A model generated the notes under the pieces. That model was not told where the DNA came from. It saw nothing but the letters and a program-made list of their open reading frames with translations, and made no database searches. A stretch of DNA of 64,000 nt from a virus. Below are positions 58,709 through 64,000 of the stretch, in pieces. A program made the translations under genes and the position numbers. Position 1 is the first letter of the stretch; the number at the start of each line of letters is the position of its first letter. Location of the stretch: IMG/VR virus record IMGVR_UViG_3300020215_000004; one strand, given 5' to 3'.

Positions 58709-58959
58709 TGGGCGATCTCACCCACCTCAAGCTTCCTCCAGACGCAAAGCCGAGAGAGCACTTCGACGTGACGCTGGCGCAGTTGTCTGCATGGCTAGCT
58801 GAGGCAGAGACCATCGGAGGCTGGCGCGCGCTTCAGGCAATCGACGATAACGACCCGGCTTGCGTGAAGTATCTTTGCGACCGCGTTCTCGATCGGGACA
58901 CGCGAGCTCGCTATTGGGAAGCGCGCATTCGCGGCGAGCTTATGGAGCGCAAGGGATGA
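58708..58959 (+). CDS. hypothetical protein
   Basis: 83 aa, TAATG-coupled. Confidence 0.4.
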   Translation: MGDLTHLKLPPDAKPREHFDVTLAQLSAWLAEAETIGGWRALQAIDDNDPACVKYLCDRVLDRDTRARYWEARIRGELMERKG

Positions 58960-59222
58960 GCGAGATGACCTTCCGCGCTCCGGTTCATATTGGATGCCCA
59001 CGCGGACAGGAATGCTGGATAGAGCGACGGCGCAAGGTCATGCGGGAGATGGCGCTGAAGAACATCGCCAGCGGAGTTGCGCGCACCTACAGCACCACGG
59101 ACTCTGCGATGATGTGCCAGCGTGAAGAAGGCGGCTGCGGCGTCACCATGCGTTGGACGCGCGACGCTGACGGCAACGACTCCTCGCTCGAGCCGAACAC
59201 GCCACGAGATGCAGCAGCGTAA
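58956..59222 (+). CDS. hypothetical protein, Cys-containing
   Basis: 88 aa, ATGA-coupled. Confidence 0.4.
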   Translation: MSEMTFRAPVHIGCPRGQECWIERRRKVMREMALKNIASGVARTYSTTDSAMMCQREEGGCGVTMRWTRDADGNDSSLEPNTPRDAAA

Positions 59223-59257
59223 CTCCTGCTTAGTGATTTGAGCGCTTCCGTGATGTC

Positions 59258-60013
59258 GTGAGCGTACAACTTCAAGAAAACCCGCGCGCGGTCATTGGCG
59301 GAAACAATCCTCCAAGTGATGATCTCGACTTCATCGACTCGCGCATCGTTCTATGGGGCGCTGAGTTCCTGCAATTCTCGTTCGGCCGGCTTGATGACTT
59401 GTTCGTCTCGGGCAAGGCGCGCTCGGCCAAGCGCCGCATGTGGTTTCGCCGCGTGCTCTCCTACTGCCTCTCAGAACTGGTAGGGCAGGAGGCGCAAGCG
59501 AGGGTGATGGATCGCCACCGCGACACGATAGGAGATGACCAGGCCGCCGTGCGCGAGTGGTGCGAGAAGGACGATGACTTCGCCGATCGCGTCGAGCGGA
59601 TACGCCTTGGCGTCCACGCCTACGTCCACATCAAGACGGACCAGGAATGGTTCGAGGGAAGGCTAGCCCACTGGGGCAGCGCGCATCCCAGGCTTAAGCG
59701 CAAGGCCGAAGCGCGCGATCTCATCACCCTCGCGGCCAAGAAGCTCTCCCGCGAAGCCAGAGGCGTGCTGGGGCGCGTCATCGCAGCTGAGGCTACCAAG
59801 AAGCGCCTGCCGCAGTTCGCGTTCAGAGAGCTAGACCCCGGCCTTGCCGAGTGCTTCGCGCTCCAGCTCATCCAAGACGCAGAGCCGCACATGTCAAAGC
59901 GCGAGCCTCCCGAACGCCTCGTCGCTCCAACAAAAACCGGAACCCTTGTCTATGCGGAATCCATAGCGCTGGGATTGGTGCCGGCGGCGAAGCGAGGTAA
60001 GATAGGCGGATGA
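59258..60013 (+). CDS. hypothetical protein
   Basis: 251 aa, GTG start. N-terminal IGGNNPP motif. Confidence 0.45.
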   Translation: MSVQLQENPRAVIGGNNPPSDDLDFIDSRIVLWGAEFLQFSFGRLDDLFVSGKARSAKRRMWFRRVLSYCLSELVGQEAQARVMDRHRDTIGDDQAAVREWCEKDDDFADRVERIRLGVHAYVHIKTDQEWFEGRLAHWGSAHPRLKRKAEARDLITLAAKKLSREARGVLGRVIAAEATKKRLPQFAFRELDPGLAECFALQLIQDAEPHMSKREPPERLVAPTKTGTLVYAESIALGLVPAAKRGKIGG

Positions 60014-60486
60014 AACTAGACATCGATGCGCGAATTGAAGGGCGACGCGAGCGCTACTTCACCACGCAATATGAGTTGGACGGCGCGGAATACATCTCGG
60101 AAGTCCAAGCTTTCGACCGCAACGATGCGGAGCGCTTGGTCGAGATGCGCGGCATCGGCGAGCGCGTTTGGAATGAGGGCCGCGCGCCGGTTGAGGGCGT
60201 GTCAATCCGCGAGATTCTATCTCGCCCTGACCTGACCGTCTCTGATTACAACGCTGCACTTCATGCCGCGAGTTTCCTTGGCTGGCTGGCAATCAGTTCT
60301 CGCGCTGCGCGGCCATGCGACATCCTCGGCGACAAGGGCCTTGTGCATCAACTCGCGCACTTAGCTTGCGGCGATCCCGGTCTTATCGCTGGCGACGCGC
60401 ACGGCCCGCTGATCGAATACCTCATCACTCTTTCGGTTTCGATTGAGCGCCGCATACCTGGCTGGCCTAACCCCGCCCCCTTGTAA
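60010..60486 (+). CDS. hypothetical protein
   Basis: 158 aa, ATGA-coupled. Confidence 0.45.
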   Translation: MKLDIDARIEGRRERYFTTQYELDGAEYISEVQAFDRNDAERLVEMRGIGERVWNEGRAPVEGVSIREILSRPDLTVSDYNAALHAASFLGWLAISSRAARPCDILGDKGLVHQLAHLACGDPGLIAGDAHGPLIEYLITLSVSIERRIPGWPNPAPL

Positions 60487-60611
60487 TCTCAGGTACTATT
60501 TCTCCATCGGCAACGCGACGCCAGATCACAACGCGCTCGCACGCAAGTCTGAGGATGGAGCGAACCAGATGATCTCGCTAAGCGCGGCTGACCCTGGAAG
60601 GGGCCTGTGAG

Positions 60612-60959
60612 GTGGGCCTGGAAGAGATGCTCTCCAACCCGTTCGTGCTGTTGGCGATCGGGTTTTTCATCTCAGAATGGCGCAGCTCGCGCGGCGAGCA
60701 CACCAAGTCCGTCCAGGTAGACACAGACCTGAAGGCGCGCCTTGCGGCCGTAGAAGCCTGGCAGCGCGACCACAATAGCATTCACGGCTGCGTTCGCGAA
60801 CTCGCCGCGACCGTCAAAGCCATGGCGGAGAACATGAACCGTCTGACCTTCAGGCTCGATAGGTTCATGGCATACATGCCCCAGCCGCCGGGACGCTCGC
60901 GCTCCCCGTTTGAGTTTGCCGGCGCGCGCGACTTCCTCGATCCAGAGGCCGACGCATGA
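60612..60959 (+). CDS. single-TM protein
   Basis: GTG start. PFVLLAIGFFISEW, then coiled coil. Confidence 0.4.
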   Translation: MGLEEMLSNPFVLLAIGFFISEWRSSRGEHTKSVQVDTDLKARLAAVEAWQRDHNSIHGCVRELAATVKAMAENMNRLTFRLDRFMAYMPQPPGRSRSPFEFAGARDFLDPEADA

Positions 60960-61162
60960 GCCGCTATTACCCCAAGTTCCACAAGGGCGGATGCCCTGAC
61001 CTCTATGTCGTGGTGGACTCGCGCTTTGGAGAGATTGTCTCGGACGCGAAGGAATATCACTTGGCTAACGACGAGGCTGGCGCGCGCAACGCGGGCACGT
61101 TTGAGTCCCAAGCCTCCGAAGACATGGTCGTCGCGGCGCTGCTAGCGGGACCTTTCTGTTGA
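60956..61162 (+). CDS. hypothetical protein
   Basis: 68 aa, ATGA-coupled. Confidence 0.35.
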   Translation: MSRYYPKFHKGGCPDLYVVVDSRFGEIVSDAKEYHLANDEAGARNAGTFESQASEDMVVAALLAGPFC

Positions 61163-61295
61163 GGCTCTTCCGCTGGCTCCGCCTCGTATTTTCTCCCCGC
61201 GTTCACCCCATTGCCAGGCGCGCCAAGAGGCAGCTTGCGAGGATAGCGGCTAGGCAACCCCGCGCGTCTGTCCGGAACCCGATAATGCGCGGTGC

Positions 61296-61601
61296 ATGAC
61301 CGTAAGCATCGTCGAATTTGCGGATATTGAAGAGCGCAGCGGCGCGCCGCTGTTCCCTGAGCTGCATCGTCAGATGGGCAAGGGGCTCAGCCAATTCCAC
61401 CAGATCAGCGACAAGAACGCGCGGGTCTTCCGCGTTCACAACGACGACGGCACGACCGCCGTGCATGTGCGCGTCGTGCTGGACAATTCGGCAGGCAACG
61501 AGGCGGCGCAAACCGACATCCACATCGCCGCCAATTCCTACGAGACCTTCCACATTCACCGGGGCTCGCGCCCCTTCGTCTACGCTGTAGCAGACACCTA
61601 A
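61296..61601 (+). CDS. hypothetical protein
   Basis: 101 aa. ATG lies 9 nt after a CAACCCC-N19-GATAAT element, with no SD. Confidence 0.45.
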   Translation: MTVSIVEFADIEERSGAPLFPELHRQMGKGLSQFHQISDKNARVFRVHNDDGTTAVHVRVVLDNSAGNEAAQTDIHIAANSYETFHIHRGSRPFVYAVADT

Positions 61602-61618
61602 GAGGGGCCTGACGCCAC

Positions 61619-63031
61619 ATGACTGACTTGATGACCCGCTACGGCGATTTTGCCAATGGCGTAGCGCTCCGGGACATGGCCGTGCTCGCCACGCACTCGG
61701 GCAAGGTGTTCTGGGTAAGCTCTACGGCCGGCGGCGACGGCAACGAAGGCTCGTTCGACCGTCCGCTTGCAACCATCGACGCTGCCATCGGCAAATGCTC
61801 GGCCAGCCGCGGCGACATCATCATGGTCAAGGCGGGCCACGCTGAAACCCTGACGGCCGCTTCGGCCATCACCTGCGACATCGCCGGCGTTTCGATCATC
61901 GGCTGCGGCAACGGCGCCGATCGCCCTGAACTGACGTTCGGCACATCGACCGGCGCCAGCGTCGTCATCTCGGCGGCCAACGTCACCATCCAGAACATTA
62001 TCGGCGTGGCCGGCGTCAACGCGCTCACCAATCCCTTCCATGTGCAGGCGGCCGATTGCACGCTGGACATCGAATGGCGCGACGACGCCTCCAACGTGGA
62101 AGCCGCGCGCGTTGTGCTGACCACGGCTGCTGCCGACCGCTTCCGTTGCCGCCTGCGCTATTACGGGCAGACCGGCGGCTCGGCTTGCGTCAACGCCGTG
62201 CGTCTCGTCGGCTGCAACGAGGGCTGGCTCAATATTGATTTCTACGGCAAGGCCTCGACCGCTATCGTCGAGTTCCTGACCACGGCCTGCACTGGCATTC
62301 GCGTCGTCGGCAATTTCTACAATTCCGGCACTACTGACGGCTCCAAGAACGTCGTGGACACTGTCACAGGATCCACCTGGTGGGCCAACATCTTCGATGG
62401 CGCCGCCGGCGCGCCCTATACGGGCGGCTCGGGCTCTTCGCTGGCGCAGGACGATGTGTCGGCGATTTCGGCCGCGCTCTATGGTGCGGCGGGCATCGGC
62501 ACGTATCCAGCCGCTGCGGCGGCGGCCAACAGCGTCTCCATCGCCGAAGTGCTGCGCTACGTGCAGGACCGCGTCGCCGCCGCGATGCTGAACCGCAACT
62601 CGACGAACTATCTCGCAGTCACGGCGGACTTCACCAGCGCCACTTGGAATACTGCGGCGTCGCATGAAATCCTGACCGTGACTGGCGCCTGCCACATCAT
62701 CATCCTGCCGCAGGTGACGGGAACACCCACTTCGGCCGGCAGTGGCGCAACGCTCGTGCTTGGCGATGAAACGACATCCAACTCCATCATCGCCTCGACG
62801 GACGCTGAAAACCTCGCCACGGGCGAATGGTGGTTCGACGCCACAGACACCCGCACGCTGGCGGCGCGCTCGATCTTCGAGAAAACCGACATCGTGGTCG
62901 GGAACGGCAAGGACATCGGCTACACCATCGGCACCGAAGCGCTGACGGGAGGCTCGATTGTCTTCCACGTATGGTGGGAGCCGATTGACGCGACTGGCGC
63001 TGTGGTCGCCGGTGCTGGTGGCGCGCTCTAA
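61619..63031 (+). CDS. right-handed beta-helix (pectate-lyase-like) structural protein / second tailspike
   Basis: VFWVSSTAGGDGNEGSFDRPLATIDAAIGKCSASRGDIIMVKAGHAE, followed by repetitive V/I-x-I/N coils. Confidence 0.6.
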   Translation: MTDLMTRYGDFANGVALRDMAVLATHSGKVFWVSSTAGGDGNEGSFDRPLATIDAAIGKCSASRGDIIMVKAGHAETLTAASAITCDIAGVSIIGCGNGADRPELTFGTSTGASVVISAANVTIQNIIGVAGVNALTNPFHVQAADCTLDIEWRDDASNVEAARVVLTTAAADRFRCRLRYYGQTGGSACVNAVRLVGCNEGWLNIDFYGKASTAIVEFLTTACTGIRVVGNFYNSGTTDGSKNVVDTVTGSTWWANIFDGAAGAPYTGGSGSSLAQDDVSAISAALYGAAGIGTYPAAAAAANSVSIAEVLRYVQDRVAAAMLNRNSTNYLAVTADFTSATWNTAASHEILTVTGACHIIILPQVTGTPTSAGSGATLVLGDETTSNSIIASTDAENLATGEWWFDATDTRTLAARSIFEKTDIVVGNGKDIGYTIGTEALTGGSIVFHVWWEPIDATGAVVAGAGGAL

Positions 63032-63040
63032 TCCTCAACC

Positions 63041-63208
63041 ATGAGCGAAGAACCTACGCTCGACTTCCAGTTTGGACGCAAGCAAGAGAAGCCTGCGGAC
63101 TTCACCCCGGCGGATTGGACCGTCGTCAAGCGCGCGCGGGATATCGTGGCGGCGAGGCACACGTCAGGCGAAGTGCGCAAGATGCCTGCAAGCTGGTTGG
63201 AAGACTAA
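63041..63208 (+). CDS. possible 55-aa protein
   Basis: ATG 63041, 9 nt after the upstream stop. Below the cutoff. Confidence 0.25.
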   Translation: MSEEPTLDFQFGRKQEKPADFTPADWTVVKRARDIVAARHTSGEVRKMPASWLED

Positions 63209-63278
63209 CCCCGCGCACATCCGCGCCCCGCGCATACTAGCTCCCAACATCAACAGATCGCCGGAAGCGTGATCGACC

Positions 63279-63815
63279 ATGAGTGCAGTAGACCGCCTTT
63301 CCCATAAGGCCGAAGCAGAGCATCATTGCTCTATGGGTCACGCACTTAAACTGCACGGCAAGCATGCTCACGGGCGAGTGACGCTTGTGGATGAAGATGT
63401 CTGGCTGTGGGCGCAGCATCTGTATCTGTGCGTCAGCACGAACGGCTATGTGAGCACGCGCTCTGGCGCTCGAACAATCCTCCTGCACAGGATGATTATG
63501 AATCCGCCGGACGGGATGGATGTTGATCACATCAATCTGGACAAACTCGACAATCGCCGGGGATCGCTCCGGATTGTAACAAGAGGACAGAACGCCCAGA
63601 ACAGGCCGAAGCGCGAGGGCGCAACGTCAAGATTTATTGGTGTAGCGAAAAAGAAGACGCGCTGGACGGCGAAGATACGCATCAATTACGTGCAACACGA
63701 ACTAGGCAGCTTCGCAACCGAGGAAGCGGCAGCAGCGGCATATGATGCGCATGCGATCAAGTTCTTCGGGCCCGGCGCCAGACTAAATTTTCCGGGTGGA
63801 ACCCATGGCAGCTAA
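63279..63815 (+). CDS. HNH (HNH_3) - AP2 domain endonuclease
   Basis: LHRMIMNPPDGMDVDHINLDKLDNRRGSLRIVTRGQNAQN, plus SRFIGVAKKKTRWTAKIRINYVQHELGSFATEEAAAAAYDAHA (AP2). More AT-rich than its flanks. Confidence 0.7.
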   Translation: MSAVDRLSHKAEAEHHCSMGHALKLHGKHAHGRVTLVDEDVWLWAQHLYLCVSTNGYVSTRSGARTILLHRMIMNPPDGMDVDHINLDKLDNRRGSLRIVTRGQNAQNRPKREGATSRFIGVAKKKTRWTAKIRINYVQHELGSFATEEAAAAAYDAHAIKFFGPGARLNFPGGTHGS

Positions 63816-64000
63816 GCGGGCAAAGAAGAAACCGCCAGCCACCGCTACTCCTGAAAATACTGGGGAAAGCAGGCGAGCGGACGGCACATTCGCGGCTGGC
63901 GCATCTGGAAACCCCAAGGGTAAGCCAAAGGGGTCAAGAAACAAACTCGGCGAGGCGTTCATCACCGATCTCCAAGCGGATTGGGCGGTGCACGGAGCTA
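63805..64000 (+). CDS. terminase small subunit-like protein, 5' fragment (runs off the window)
   Basis: GTFAAGASGNPKGKPKGSRNK, the SGNPxGxPKG motif typical of DUF5681-type small terminases. Overlaps the HNH-AP2 end by 11 nt. Confidence 0.5.
   Translation, partial: MAAKRAKKKPPATATPENTGESRRADGTFAAGASGNPKGKPKGSRNKLGEAFITDLQADWAVHGA

Noticed and set aside
61598-62968. 456-aa minus-strand ORF antisense to the beta-helix gene
   Set aside because: Arg/Gly/Asp/Ala-rich shadow ORF. The plus-strand ORF has the beta-helix N-terminal signature.
1-64000. Window as an integrated prophage with host flanks
   Set aside because: No housekeeping genes lie at either edge. The att core is flanked by phage DNA on both sides, and terS (end of window) and portal (start of window) are adjacent only if the molecule is circular or permuted.
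1-64000. Diversity-generating retroelement associated with the fibres (considered because of the podovirus-like structural module)
   Set aside because: I found no ORF with reverse-transcriptase motifs (YxDD) and no template or variable repeat pair near the three receptor-binding genes.

Overview
High-GC, gene-dense window that reads as a complete or near-complete temperate podovirus-like phage genome in its circular (attP) permutation, not an integrated prophage with host flanks. The layout is as follows. (1) nt 1-17100 (+): morphogenesis genes, namely portal, scaffold-like, major capsid, P22 gp4-like adaptor and large ejection-type proteins. (2) nt 17100-30100: a secreted-protein moron, a minus-strand operon mixing tail fibre and a gp10-like tail hub with enzyme-like ORFs, a beta-helix tailspike convergent with an O-antigen-type acyltransferase, and a holin/spanin cassette. 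(3) nt 30100-36230: an accessory region with unusual repeats, two tRNAs, an HNH gene and unknown operons. (4) nt 36300-37850: attP (tRNA-Ser 3' fragment plus arm-type repeats), integrase and excisionase. (5) nt 37850-49810 (-): a lambda-PL-like early operon of tightly coupled small ORFs including Dam-type methylase, NinB, annealing protein and HNH. (6) nt 49870-50400: immunity switch with three operators. (7) nt 50400-61200 (+): regulators, AAA+ ATPase, initiator with internal iterons, primase-helicase, and a Vsr-like/GcrA/MT-A70 module. (8) nt 61300-64000: a second beta-helix protein, an HNH-AP2 gene and the start of the small terminase. GcrA-like genes and the tRNA-His identity elements suggest an alphaproteobacterial host. 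The most interesting signals are these. A short LR(R/Q/E)AL peptide recurs at the termini of seven virion-module ORFs, including ART-like, kinase-like, ParB-GNAT-ParB and HExxH proteins. A frame-independent array of 16 co-oriented TGAGCC hexamers sits inside a membrane/HTH gene. A direct-repeat and inverted-repeat flanked mini-cassette lies next to the phage tRNAs. A conserved promoter-like element lies 8-9 nt upstream of three ATGs. There are four apparent frameshifts. All family assignments come from motifs read by eye, with no searches run.
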